This document shows positions 8,374-18,126 of a DNA stretch of 56,406 bases, piece after piece. The DNA is taken from NCBI GenBank assembly GCA_039933235.1, contig JBDTOL010000141.1:1-56406 (forward strand), given 5' to 3'. The notes beneath the pieces were generated by a model. It was not told where the DNA came from, did not search any database, and saw only the letters and a list, made by a program, of their open reading frames with translations. The DNA comes from Spartobacteria bacterium. GTDB lineage: Bacteria > Verrucomicrobiota > Verrucomicrobiia > Chthoniobacterales > UBA10450. A program made the translations under genes and the position numbers. Numbering within the stretch: position 1 is the stretch's first letter; every line of letters begins with the position of its first letter.

Positions 8374-9597
8374 ATGAACGAAAGATTTCTCGTAGCGGGC
8401 ACCGCGCTATTTTTTTCTGCCGGCCTGCTCGTCGCGCGCGAGCCGCAAACCTCGCCGCCGCCCCAGCAGAGCATCCGGGCGCGCGCGCTTGGAATACCTT
8501 TTCCCGGCCAGCCGGGTAAATTTAACGCAATCACCGATGTAGCCGGAGTCGAGGTCGGATACACGACCCTTATTAGCGGCGAAGGAAAACTCGCGGTCGG
8601 CAAAGGGCCGGTCCGGACCGGGGTGACCGCGATCATTCCGCGCGGGCACGACTCGCTCAACGATCCGGTTTACGCGGGCACCTTCAGCCTCAATGGCAAC
8701 GGGGAAATGACCGGCACCGCCTGGGTCGAAGAGAGCGGTTTCCTGGAAGGACCAATCATCATCACCAACACCCACAGCGTCGGCACGGCGCGCGACGCGG
8801 CCATCGCCTGGCGTCTTTCCCACGGGGCGGCGGACAAAACCGGCTACTGGTGGAGCCTGCCGGTCGTGGCCGAGACTTGGGACGGCTGGCTCAATGACAT
8901 CAACGGCTTCCATGTAAAACCGGAGCACATCACCCACGCGCTCGATACCGCGGCGGGCGGGCCGATCGCGGAGGGCAGCGTCGGCGGCGGTACAGGTATG
9001 ATTGCCTACGAATTCAAAGGTGGCACCGGGACCGCCTCGCGCGTCATCCCGGTGGCGGAGGCTGCCGACGCCGGTCGCTCCTACACCGTGGGCGCACTGG
9101 TCCAGGCCAACTGCGGCCGCCGCTCACTCCTCACGATCGCCGGCGTTCCGGTCGGAAAAGAAATTCCGGGCTCCATCTACCCGAAAGACACCGGCTCGAT
9201 CATTATCGTGGTCGCGACCGATGCGCCGCTCCTGCCGGGCCAATGCAAGCGCCTGGCCCGGCGCGCCAGCCTGGGATTGGCTCGCACCGGCAGCATTTCC
9301 GGGAACGGATCGGGCGATTTGTTCATCGCCTTCTCCACCGCCAATCCCGGCGCGGCCGATCCCGCGCAGCCGACCCACACGGTGCAGACCGTGCCTAACG
9401 ACCGGCTCGATCCGCTCTTCGATTCCACCGTGCAGGCGGTCGAGGAGGCGATCGTCAACGCGTTGGTCAATAATCGGAGCATGACCGGGCGCGACGGCCA
9501 TGAGGTGCCGGCCCTGCCGCATGATCAGCTGCGACAGATCATGCAGAAATACAACCGAATCGAGACCGGCAAGCCTGCCGCGTCGGCTTCGCCCTAA
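8374..9597 (+). CDS. P1/S58 family peptidase (DmpA-like aminopeptidase), secreted
   Basis: 407 aa with a signal-like N-terminus. DmpA-type blocks GPVRTGVTAI, GGGTGM, IIVVATDAPL. Confidence 0.8.
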   Translation: MNERFLVAGTALFFSAGLLVAREPQTSPPPQQSIRARALGIPFPGQPGKFNAITDVAGVEVGYTTLISGEGKLAVGKGPVRTGVTAIIPRGHDSLNDPVYAGTFSLNGNGEMTGTAWVEESGFLEGPIIITNTHSVGTARDAAIAWRLSHGAADKTGYWWSLPVVAETWDGWLNDINGFHVKPEHITHALDTAAGGPIAEGSVGGGTGMIAYEFKGGTGTASRVIPVAEAADAGRSYTVGALVQANCGRRSLLTIAGVPVGKEIPGSIYPKDTGSIIIVVATDAPLLPGQCKRLARRASLGLARTGSISGNGSGDLFIAFSTANPGAADPAQPTHTVQTVPNDRLDPLFDSTVQAVEEAIVNALVNNRSMTGRDGHEVPALPHDQLRQIMQKYNRIETGKPAASASP

Positions 9598-10031
9598 CGA
9601 CCGATATCCTCATCCCAGAGCTCGGGATGGGCCGCGATGAATTGCGTCATCATTTCGACGCATTCCGGCAGATCGAGATCGATCACCTCCACGCCGTGAC
9701 TCCGCATGAAGTCCGGTCCGCCGGGGAAAGTGCGACTTTCGCCCACGATCACTTTGGGAATGCCAAACTGCACCACGGCGCCGCTGCAGAGGTAGCACGG
9801 CATGAGCGTGGAATAGAGGACCGTGTCGCGAAAACTTCCGATCCGTCCGGCGTTGCGCAGGCAATCGATCTCCGCGTGCGTCACCGGGTCGATTTCCTGC
9901 ACGCGCTTGTTGTGGCCGAGAGCGAGCAACTCGCCGCCGCGCGCCAGGGTCGCGCCGATCGGGATCCCGCCTTCGCTCAGACTTTTCCGCGCCTGCGCGA
10001 TGGCCGCATCCATCAATTCTTTGTCGTTCAT
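9594..10031 (-). CDS. nucleoside/cytosine deaminase (CMP/dCMP-type zinc deaminase, Fcy1-like)
   Basis: Motifs HAEIDC...PCYLCSG. The C-terminal tail FIAAHPELWDEDIGR resembles yeast Fcy1. I chose the start at MNDKEL (10031) rather than the ORF-track start at 10097. Confidence 0.8.
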   Translation of the reverse strand: MNDKELMDAAIAQARKSLSEGGIPIGATLARGGELLALGHNKRVQEIDPVTHAEIDCLRNAGRIGSFRDTVLYSTLMPCYLCSGAVVQFGIPKVIVGESRTFPGGPDFMRSHGVEVIDLDLPECVEMMTQFIAAHPELWDEDIGR

Positions 10032-10213
10032 AGAGTTTTTTCCGGCTAACCGCAGAGTGTAAAGGCGGGCATGCCGCCCGCAAACCTTCCGCGGCAAATC
10101 GGGATTTATCCCAAAAAAACATCCTCGGCTTCCCTGCCGCCGACACGGCCGCCGTTACATTTCCACACCATCGCGGCCTTGCCTTCTCCCCGGTAATTCC
10201 GTGATGCTGCGGC

Positions 10214-10663
10214 GTGGGACGCACCTTTGAGGATTTTACAGTTGGCCGCCGCTTCGTCTCCGACCGCCATACCCTCTCGCGCGAAGAGATCGTCGAGTTT
10301 GCGCGGCGCTACGATCCGCAACCATTTCATCTCGACGCCGGCGCGACCGAGAACCTGCTCGGCGGCCTGGCCGCAAGCGGCTGGCAGACCGCCGCCGCCT
10401 CGATGCGCCTCTTCATCGACATGATGCAGGTCGAGGGTGGAATCATCGGACGCGCGATCGACGAGCTGCGCTGGCCCGCCGCCGTCCATCCCGGGGACAC
10501 CCTCCGCGTCGAGATCGAAATCCTCGAGGCGCGGCTTTCCCTTTCCAAGCCTGGCTACGGCCTCATCCGCTACCGCAGCCTCACCGTCAACCAGGAGGAC
10601 AAGGTGGTGCAAAGCTTCGTCGCGCTCGCCATCCTGGCAACGCGCTCTCCCTCTTCCTCTTAA
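10214..10663 (+). CDS. MaoC-like (R)-hydratase/dehydratase domain protein
   Basis: 149 aa with a hot-dog fold sequence (FEDFTVGRRF..., YDPQPFHLD, PGDTLRVEIEILE). Confidence 0.8.
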   Translation: MGRTFEDFTVGRRFVSDRHTLSREEIVEFARRYDPQPFHLDAGATENLLGGLAASGWQTAAASMRLFIDMMQVEGGIIGRAIDELRWPAAVHPGDTLRVEIEILEARLSLSKPGYGLIRYRSLTVNQEDKVVQSFVALAILATRSPSSS

Positions 10664-10704
10664 TCTAAAAACCAGAAAGCAGAGGAAGAGGAAGAGGAAA
10701 GGAA

Positions 10705-10776
10705 TGGGCGGTGAGGGAATCGAACCCCCGACCAACACGGTGTAAACGTGCCGCTCTACCGCTGAGCTAACCGCCC
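10705..10776 (-). tRNA. tRNA-Val (anticodon TAC)
   Basis: The reverse complement is GGGCGGTTAGCTCAGCGGTAGAGCGGCACGTTTACACCGTGTTGGTCGGGGGTTCGATTCCCTCACCGCCCA. It folds as a cloverleaf with anticodon loop TTTACAC and T-loop GGTTCGATTCC. CCA is not encoded. Confidence 0.9.
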
Positions 10777-10780
10777 GGAG

Positions 10781-11864
10781 TTGCTGTCAATCAGCGAATT
10801 ATATCTAACATCGCATTCCGCAGAGGGTCTTTATCGCTATCAGCCAACCGGCATCTACTTCGCCCGAATCCGGTTCACCGGCAAGCTCTACCGCCGGTCC
10901 CTAGAGACACCGACAAGACGCTTGCAAAGCGGAAGCTGGCGGACTTTCGGAACGATCTGGAACGGACTGATGCACGGGCGGGAAAACGACCTTTGCCGTG
11001 GTGCTCGACAGTTTCGAGGCGACGCTGGGGCATCTCGCGCAGGGCACGCAAGAACAAGCGGGCGATCATCGCGAAGCACCGGGAAACCTTTTTCGGAATC
11101 GGGGCGCTTCCGCTGCGGCACTTCCGACCGAGCGACGTTGCCAGATGGCTCGCCCGCCAATGCGCAAACGGGAGCGCCGCGTATTACACCGATGCTCTGA
11201 GCACGATCCGACAGGCGCTCGATCTGGCGGTCGATCACCGGATCATCGCAGAGTCGCCCGCCGCGAAATTGAAGTATCGGAAGCGGAGCAAACCGATCCG
11301 CCAGACGCCCACGTTTGAGCAGTTCCAGGCGATCGTCGCGAGCATCCGGTCGCAGCCCTTTGACCGGGAGCGTAACGATTCGGGCGACTTCGTGGAGTTC
11401 ATGGGCCTGAGCGGATTGGGACAAGCGGAAATGGCGTCGCTGGTTCGCAGTGACGTTGACCTGGACGCGGGCGCATCACGGTCTTCCGGGCCAAAACTTC
11501 AGAGAAATTCGTCATTCCGATCTTCCCACAACTGCGCCCGTTGGTCGAAGGTTGTGTGACGCAAGGCGCACGATGACGGCTTATTTCCGATTTACGAAGC
11601 GCGCAAGGCGTTCGCCAATGCCTGCCAACGACTCGGCTTCTCTCACCGATCGCTGCGCCGCATGTTCATCGTACGCTGCATCGAGAAGGGCATCGACGTA
11701 AAGCTAACCAGCAAATGGCAGGAGCATTCAGACGGCGGAAAGCTCATCCTCCGCACTACAGCCACATCAACCAACCGCACGAGCAACGGATGGCTCAGTT
11801 ACTGAGCGATGACGAGCCGGAGAACGTCGTCTTAGTTCACTCCTCGGCCATAGCCTCACGATGA
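10781..11864 (+). pseudogene. tyrosine recombinase (phage-type integrase), decayed by multiple frameshifts
   Basis: Integrase-like segments are spread over three frames. These include LYRYQPTGIYFARIRFTGKLYRRSLET, then ...FEQFQAIVASIRSQPF...FVEFMGLSGLGQAEM, then RITVFRAKTSEKFVIPIFPQLRPL. The C-terminal part is ...SDGGKLILRT / YSHINQPHEQRMAQLL, carrying the catalytic Tyr region. It starts 5 nt from the tRNA-Val 5' end. Confidence 0.75.
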
Positions 11865-11931
11865 GATGTTATAACCGGTAGCGAGATTGCGGTCTCTGTC
11901 TCGTAGCGGTGATTCGCATTCGGGCCGACGA

Positions 11932-13044
11932 CTACGGACCAAATGCCAGGTCAAAGGGCGCCGACCCGACATCAGCAATTGTGCCAGAGACGGTCAGCGA
12001 CGGAATATCGATAACCGTTACCGTCGTGTCGGTGGAGTTGCACACGTACAGTTTCTCGTCGTTTGGGCTGCCCAGCATAGTCCAGGGATGGTGTCCGACG
12101 GGGATCGTTGCGCTGACCGTATGCGTGGCGGTGTCAATGGCCGAAACAGTGTCGGAATATCCATTTTCTACGAAGGCCTTCTTTCCATCATGCGTAATTA
12201 CCACTCTCTGGGGAAGGTTTCCAGTAGGGATGGTAGCGACCACACTCAATGTGGTGGTATTGATGACAGAGACTGTCCCATCTTCCTGGTTGGTCGCGTA
12301 AATCTCCTCGCCGTTAGGCGTAATGGCAATTCCGATCGGTGACCGTCCAACACCAATGGTCGTGATCACTTGGTTCGTCGCCGTGTCGATGGCGGATACG
12401 GAGTTGTCCCCGTTGTTGGTGACGTAGACGCGGTCACCCGCGGGAGAGATGCAAAGGCGGCGGGCGGCACCCCTGGTGGGGATATTCGTTACTCGGTAGG
12501 TGTTGGTATTAATCACGTTCACTAGTCCCTCGGAAGTGTTCGCGACATATGCGAAGCGCCCATTCGGCGTGAACAAGATGTCTTTGCACTGGTGCCCGGG
12601 GAGAAGGACAGTGGTGATGACTAGGTTGGTTGCGGTGTCAATGACGGCGACGGGGCAGTGACCATTGAGGGCAGCTTGATGCACGACGAAAAGACGTCTA
12701 CCATCCGGCGTGATACTGCTCTCTCCGGGTACATTGTACACCGGAATGGTGGCAATGTTCGTCTGCGCCACCGTGTCTAGAACCGAGATGCTTGCAGAAA
12801 GCCCGTTGGAAACAAATGCCTTGCGCCGATCCCGTGTCATGGCAATACGAAGCGGGAAACTGCCCACGGGGATTTGGGTGACTACCTGGTTGGTCGAGGT
12901 GTCGATCACAGCAACGTCATCCGAGTATCTCGAGGGGACAAAAAGGGAGGGCTGGCGCGTGGGCGACATCTGCGCCGGTTGGGCCAAAGCCGAGGATGTA
13001 AAGGCGAAACCAATCAATAGCAAAGGGAGGCGATATGTTTTCAT
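11932..13044 (-). CDS. YVTN-family beta-propeller repeat protein (secreted), paralog 1
   Basis: Signal peptide MKTYRLPLLLIGFAFTSSALA. Repeated roughly 40-aa units of the type V.VIDT.TN.V..TIPVG..P.GIAITPDG...YV.N. Start chosen at 13044; the ORF track gives 13122. Confidence 0.85.
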   Translation of the reverse strand: MKTYRLPLLLIGFAFTSSALAQPAQMSPTRQPSLFVPSRYSDDVAVIDTSTNQVVTQIPVGSFPLRIAMTRDRRKAFVSNGLSASISVLDTVAQTNIATIPVYNVPGESSITPDGRRLFVVHQAALNGHCPVAVIDTATNLVITTVLLPGHQCKDILFTPNGRFAYVANTSEGLVNVINTNTYRVTNIPTRGAARRLCISPAGDRVYVTNNGDNSVSAIDTATNQVITTIGVGRSPIGIAITPNGEEIYATNQEDGTVSVINTTTLSVVATIPTGNLPQRVVITHDGKKAFVENGYSDTVSAIDTATHTVSATIPVGHHPWTMLGSPNDEKLYVCNSTDTTVTVIDIPSLTVSGTIADVGSAPFDLAFGP

Positions 13045-13131
13045 CGGTGACAGAAAACAAGTCTTACCGGGCAAGCGTCCTCTCAGCGCCGTCGCCACAC
13101 GATCTTGGAGCGCAATTCGCATTCGGGGTCG

Positions 13132-14217
13132 CTAGGGGCCAAATGCCAGGTCAAAGGGCGCCGACCCGACATCAGCAATTGTGCCAAAGACGGTCAGCGA
13201 CGGAATATCGATAACCGACACAGTCGTGTCGGTGGAGTTGCACACGTACAGTTTCTTATCGTTTAGGCTGCCCAGCATAGTCCAGGGATGGTGTCCAACG
13301 GGGATCGTTGCGCTGACCGTATGCGTGGCGGTGTTAATGGCCGAAACAGTGTCGGAGTATCCATTTTGTACGAAGGCCTTCGTTCCATCATGCGTAATTA
13401 CCACTCTCTGGCAAAGGTTTCCGGTAGGGATGGTCGCGACCACACTCAATGTGGTGGTATTGATAACGGAAACTGTCCCATCCTGCTGGTTGGTCACGTA
13501 AAGCTCCTGGTCGTTGGGGGTAATGGCAATTCCGATCGGTCTTTGTCCAACAGGGATGTCCGCGATCACTTGTTTCGTCGCGGTGTCGATGGCGGATAAG
13601 GTATCGCTCCCGTTGTTGGGGGTGTAGACGCGGTCACCCGAGGATGAGACGGTAAGACGACGGGGGCGACCCCCGGTGGGGATACTCGTTACCTGATAGG
13701 TAGCGGTGTCAATCGCGTCCACCTCTCCATTGGAATTGTTCGAGACCCAGGCGAAGCTTCCATCCGGCGAGAAGACGATGTCTTTGAGCTGACTCCCGGG
13801 GAGAAGGACAGTCCTGATGACCTGATTGGTTGCCGTATCAATGACATAGACGGGGCAGGTTCCATTGGAGCCAGCAGCTTCATGGACGACGAAAAGACGT
13901 CTACCATCCGGCGTGATAGCGCTCTCCCCGGGTACATTGCCCACCGGGATGGTGGCAATGTTCGTGCGCGTCACCGTGTCTAGAACTGAGACGTTTGCGG
14001 AAAGCGCGTTGGAAACAAAAGCCTTGCGCCGATCCGGTGTGATCGCAATACGAATCGGGAAACTGCCTACGGGGATTTGGGTGACTACCTGGCCGGTCGA
14101 GGTGTTGATCACAGCAACCTCATCGGAGTATCTCGCGGGGACAAAAAGGGATCCGGCCAAAGCCGAGGAGGCAAAGGTGCAAACGATCAATAGCAAAGGC
14201 AGAAGACATCTTTTCAT
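13132..14217 (-). CDS. YVTN-family beta-propeller repeat protein (secreted), paralog 2
   Basis: Same architecture as paralog 1, with signal peptide MKRCLLPLLLIVCTFASSALA. The 3' ~370 nt are near-identical to paralog 1 at a 1200-nt offset. Confidence 0.85.
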   Translation of the reverse strand: MKRCLLPLLLIVCTFASSALAGSLFVPARYSDEVAVINTSTGQVVTQIPVGSFPIRIAITPDRRKAFVSNALSANVSVLDTVTRTNIATIPVGNVPGESAITPDGRRLFVVHEAAGSNGTCPVYVIDTATNQVIRTVLLPGSQLKDIVFSPDGSFAWVSNNSNGEVDAIDTATYQVTSIPTGGRPRRLTVSSSGDRVYTPNNGSDTLSAIDTATKQVIADIPVGQRPIGIAITPNDQELYVTNQQDGTVSVINTTTLSVVATIPTGNLCQRVVITHDGTKAFVQNGYSDTVSAINTATHTVSATIPVGHHPWTMLGSLNDKKLYVCNSTDTTVSVIDIPSLTVFGTIADVGSAPFDLAFGP

Positions 14218-14518
14218 GATATTTTTAGTACAGTTTGCCCAGCAGAGTTGGCATACTTCCCCGGAGATGAGGCGTAAGACCGGCAGAATTCCGGTGACTG
14301 GCGCGAACAGAAACCCTTTCATCATTGAGACCTCCGATTTAACCGGAGCCTCGCTCGACAAGGCCGGCGCGATCCACCCTCGGAAGCGGGTCGGGATTAT
14401 CTAGTGGGGCTGGGGTAGATCGCGATTAAAGCGGCCCGCCGGGAGTGGTGTCAAGCTTAATTTTAGATATTTTTCTTCAGTCCGCCCCGAGCGAATCCCA
14501 CAGCGGCCCCAGATCCCG

Positions 14519-14725
14519 ATGTCGAGACTGAACCGTTACCCGATGCGCCTGCCTGCTTTACTCGCCGTCGTCCTCGCGCTGGCCACCGTCCGCGCCACCG
14601 CTTCCGCGCACAAGGCCCCGGCTGCAAAACCATTCGAGCGGATCGACGGCTGCCGGCTCGTGCCTACAACTCAGGAAAATCGGACCTTCTTAGCGCAACT
14701 GAGAATCAGACACCTATTTGCATGA
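14519..14725 (+). pseudogene. possible truncated remnant of a secreted protein gene
   Basis: A signal peptide plus KPFERIDGCRLVP, after which the sequence degenerates into lower-GC non-coding-looking DNA. Weak call. Confidence 0.25.
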
Positions 14726-15032
14726 ACACTCAAGCTAACATGAGATTGGTCTCGCCGACTGGTCAGCCGCCACGACGGCGCGCCCGCGGTGGCCGATCCT
14801 GTTCGCTGGCTGAGGGACTGAACTCTTACTGTTTCTGCGCCAGGTGCAACTCGCTGAGCCGCATGAGTAAACGATGTTTTAGCAGTTTCGCTCGAATAAT
14901 CGAAGTTAAGCAGCGTTTATTGTTTGTGGGATCCTAGCGCCAGCGCGATCAGGCCTGTGGCGCGTTCGACAATCCGCACTCTCACCTACGTCGCAGGCAA
15001 GATAAAACCGCCCATTGGCCAGCGCGCAGTTT

Positions 15033-15066
15033 CTGTAGACGCTTCGCTGCGCGAAGCGCGGGCTAC
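15033..15066. repeat. PE-2 short palindromic repeat, copy b
   Basis: Sequence ctgtagacgcttcgctgcgcgaagcgcgggctac. It shares GTAGACGCTTCGC...GCGAAGCGCG with the copy at 20144-20178. Confidence 0.65.
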
Positions 15067-15261
15067 GCGCGATGCCGAGGTCGGCCCGAAGTCGGTGTTC
15101 CGAAGCGAGTTCGAACAGTGTCATTCTAGGAGAACGGAGGCCGCTCGCCTTTCTTGGCGCTACCTTCATGTGGCGTCGGCGTCGGGCTGCGCAAATTTTC
15201 ACGAGCACATCAACCAGAAAACCGAAAAGAAATCATGATGACCGAAGAAGTGAGAACAAGA

Positions 15262-18126
15262 CTACTGCACCGTCAGCTTCGCGTCGTTGCTCGTGACACT
15301 GCCGCCTCCGTCACTGACAACGACGGAGAAAAGCGCGCCATTATCAGCAGTCGTCGCCGGCGGAGTCGTGTAGGAGGACTTGGTCGCGCCTGTGATGTTA
15401 AAGGCGTTCTTTCTCCATTGACACGTCAAGGGAGGCGCGCCGGTCGCGGCAACAGTGAAGTTAGCGGTCTGTCCTACGATAACTGTCTTATTCGCCGGCT
15501 GCTTCGTGATCGCGGGCGGGTCGACTGAATTCACCGTAAGCGTGGCATCACTACTCGTTACCGTCCCGTCGCCGTTACTCACGATGACGTGGAAATGCGC
15601 CCCATCATCCGTACTCGTGGCCGGCGGAGTTGTGTAGGAGGACTTATTCGCGCCCACGATGTCGAGGTTGTTCTTTTGCCACTGGTAAGCCAGGGGAGCC
15701 TTGCCGGTCGCCGTGACGCTGAACTTCGCGGGCTGCCCAGCGGTCACGGTCTTATCCGCCGGCTGCTTTGTAATCGATGGTGGCGTCGCGCCATTCACCG
15801 TAAGCTTGGCATCATTACTTGTGACATTGCCGGCACTATTACTGACCGTGACGTGAAAGAGAGCGCCGTTGTCACCGCTCCTGACTGCAGGCGTGATGTA
15901 AGTCGAACTTGTTGCGCCTCGAATATCGAAGCCGTTCTTCTGCCATTGGTAAGTTAGCGGAACGCTGCCCGTAGCCGCGACATCAAATCGCGCTTTTTCG
16001 CCCTGATTCACGGTCGCGTCGACCGGTTGCTGCGTGATCGCAGGCTGGCCGTTACTAACGACGTACTTGGCGTCGTCACTCACTGCGAGGGTGAGCGCGT
16101 CGATGATCCCGGAAGTAGTGAACGGCGCGAGATCGGTCGTGGAGGTCAAAACGCAATACTGCACGGCGCTGTTCGCAGGTTGCGGTGCTATCGTCGCCGA
16201 ATAGTTGGTCCCCGCGCCGTTCGCTTTGACGAGTTGCGAAGTGAGGAAGAAATCAGTCGACCATCGGAGGTATATGCGCTCTTCGGGCGATTTCGGCTGA
16301 TTTGTGCTGATGCTGACCACCACGGGGTCGTCAGCTGTAGGTGCGTCTGGTGTACGCCCGTTCAGGCTGCAGGAGATCGGGGCCGCGGAGGTTTTGAACA
16401 CACCGAGGTTCATGGCAGCGCCGGTTTGTCCAGACCATTCAAGGAGACGGAATGAGTAGTAGAAGTCCGCGTCGAAAGTGATGCTATTGGTAGGTCCCAG
16501 GGCAGTGCCGGTGAAATAGGGAACTAAAGTGGTAGTATCGATATTCATGGCCGCGCCGCCCCATTGGTTCGTATATTTTTGGCCAGCAATGACGGCAAAG
16601 GAATGAACTCCGGGAGTGGTATCGCCACCCGTGCGGGCGACGTGGATTGTGTTCGTGAACCAATTGGAAGCGTCCGGTGTGCCCGCGGGGGGCAGTGCCG
16701 GGCTGGATATTCTCGTTAGGTTCCAAGGCGCATGGGTGTCGGCTTTATTGAATCCGTTCCAATCGCCTGCTAAAACGAGCGGCTCCAAGTCCTGGTCGAC
16801 GTTTCGTTTCCAGAGAGGTGAGATTGTCTGCGTGTTCCATTGGGAATACAACTCCTGCAGATTAGCGACATCTTCCGGCTGGGCAGTGGCCACGTCTTGT
16901 GTTTCACCGATATCGTTCGCCAGATTGTAGAGAGCGGGCGGCAGGTCCGTGGTGTTAAGTTCCGTGACGAGTTTCAAACTGCCGCTTCGCACCGCCCAGA
17001 TAGTATCCGTACTTCCGGGTGGTCCATCAGGCCCCAGGCCGGCCCAGCGCCAGAACAAAGTGCGGTTGGGGTTGGTCTTTTGTCCCGTGAAGTAGGGCAG
17101 CAGATCGACTCCATCAAAGGCCCGATCGGTGGGAAGCGAGACTCCGGCGGCCGCAGCCGCGGTGGCCACAATGTCCAGGGAAGAAACTGAGTCCTGATAA
17201 ACAAGAGGCGTAGGCAGGCGGGCTGGCCATTGAAATGCGAAGGGGACGTGAATCCCTCCCTCCAAGACATTTGCCTTGTAGCCGCGCAGAGGCAGATTGC
17301 GGGTGAAAGACGCGTAGGGCGCTCCGTTATCGCTCAAAAGGAAGACAAGGGTGTTATCGCGAAGGTTGTTAGCCTCCAGAGTCGCCAGGACCTGACCTAC
17401 TCCATCATCCAGTGCAAGGATCATTGCGGCATACTTTCGCCGGTTGTAGTCGGGGATGCCTGCGACCCGATCCAAATAGTTGGCAGGAGGTTCGTCGTAC
17501 GGCAGATGGGGAGCGTTATAAGCCAGGTAAAGGAAGAAGGGCTGAGTGGGGTGGCGGTTGATAAAGGAGACAGCTTCGCGGGTGAAAGCATCAGTTAGAT
17601 AAGAAGACTCCCGGATCGTGCTACCATTTTGCAGGATGGTCGCGTTGTAATAGCCGGATTGGTCGCCGAGAAAGCAGAAGCATTCATCAAAACCGCGCTG
17701 CAGCGGCTGCAAATTCGGGGGATAGCCAAGATGCCATTTGCCGACCAGGCTGGAGACATATCCGGCGGGTTTGAGGAGTTGAGCCAGAGTGATTTCCGTT
17801 TCCGGCAGGCCGCGGCGAGGGTTGTCATTGTCGCCGGAGGGTTGCTCTTCGTGGCCAAAGCGTTGTTGATAGCGGCCGGTAAGCAAGGCCGCTCGCGATG
17901 GACTGCACAGCGGATGGGTAGCATATCCGTTCGTGCATGCGATGCCTTGGTTCGCAAAGCCATCGATGTTGGGCGTCTGATAATCCGGGCAGCCATTGAA
18001 GCTCACGTCGCCGTAGCCAAGGTCGTCTGCCATGATGACGACGATATTCGGCGGCGTTGATTGCGCGAAGGCGGAGCCGACCAAGGTACAGCTCGCAACT
18101 AACCAAGAAAGAAGCGTTTTTTTCAT
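15262..18126 (-). CDS. secreted arylsulfatase fused to an uncharacterised middle region and three C-terminal Ig-like domains
   Basis: Signal peptide MKKTLLSWLVASCTLVGSAFA. Sulfatase motifs IVVIMADDLGYGD and the formylglycine site CSPSRAALLTGR. Three C-terminal repeats of about 87 aa carry YQWQKNG-type motifs. Start chosen at 18126; the ORF track gives 18234. Confidence 0.85.
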   Translation of the reverse strand: MKKTLLSWLVASCTLVGSAFAQSTPPNIVVIMADDLGYGDVSFNGCPDYQTPNIDGFANQGIACTNGYATHPLCSPSRAALLTGRYQQRFGHEEQPSGDNDNPRRGLPETEITLAQLLKPAGYVSSLVGKWHLGYPPNLQPLQRGFDECFCFLGDQSGYYNATILQNGSTIRESSYLTDAFTREAVSFINRHPTQPFFLYLAYNAPHLPYDEPPANYLDRVAGIPDYNRRKYAAMILALDDGVGQVLATLEANNLRDNTLVFLLSDNGAPYASFTRNLPLRGYKANVLEGGIHVPFAFQWPARLPTPLVYQDSVSSLDIVATAAAAAGVSLPTDRAFDGVDLLPYFTGQKTNPNRTLFWRWAGLGPDGPPGSTDTIWAVRSGSLKLVTELNTTDLPPALYNLANDIGETQDVATAQPEDVANLQELYSQWNTQTISPLWKRNVDQDLEPLVLAGDWNGFNKADTHAPWNLTRISSPALPPAGTPDASNWFTNTIHVARTGGDTTPGVHSFAVIAGQKYTNQWGGAAMNIDTTTLVPYFTGTALGPTNSITFDADFYYSFRLLEWSGQTGAAMNLGVFKTSAAPISCSLNGRTPDAPTADDPVVVSISTNQPKSPEERIYLRWSTDFFLTSQLVKANGAGTNYSATIAPQPANSAVQYCVLTSTTDLAPFTTSGIIDALTLAVSDDAKYVVSNGQPAITQQPVDATVNQGEKARFDVAATGSVPLTYQWQKNGFDIRGATSSTYITPAVRSGDNGALFHVTVSNSAGNVTSNDAKLTVNGATPPSITKQPADKTVTAGQPAKFSVTATGKAPLAYQWQKNNLDIVGANKSSYTTPPATSTDDGAHFHVIVSNGDGTVTSSDATLTVNSVDPPAITKQPANKTVIVGQTANFTVAATGAPPLTCQWRKNAFNITGATKSSYTTPPATTADNGALFSVVVSDGGGSVTSNDAKLTVQ
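15265..16044 (-). repeat. three tandem coding repeats of about 261 nt (Ig-like domains) at the 3' end of the sulfatase gene
   Basis: Protein repeats are PAITQQPVDATV...AKLTVNGAT, PPSITKQPADKTV...ATLTVNSVD and PPAITKQPANKTV...AKLTVQ. Confidence 0.8.

Noticed and set aside
10681-10702. Purine-rich simple repeat gaggaagaggaagaggaaagg between the MaoC gene and tRNA-Val.
   Set aside because: It is short and low-complexity, with no partner repeat. It is most likely a spacer with no specific function.
11932-13510. Possible diversity-generating retroelement (template/variable repeat pair), because the 3' ends of the two YVTN genes are near-identical.
   Set aside because: The mismatches between the copies are of mixed types, not adenine-specific. 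The similarity extends over the whole 1200-bp unit, and no reverse transcriptase gene is present. Tandem duplication with gene conversion explains it.
15265-16044. Regularly spaced repeats that could be mistaken for a CRISPR-like array.
   Set aside because: The repeat unit is about 261 nt with no short spacers. It lies entirely within an open reading frame encoding Ig-like domains, and no cas genes are present. No CRISPR array exists in the window.
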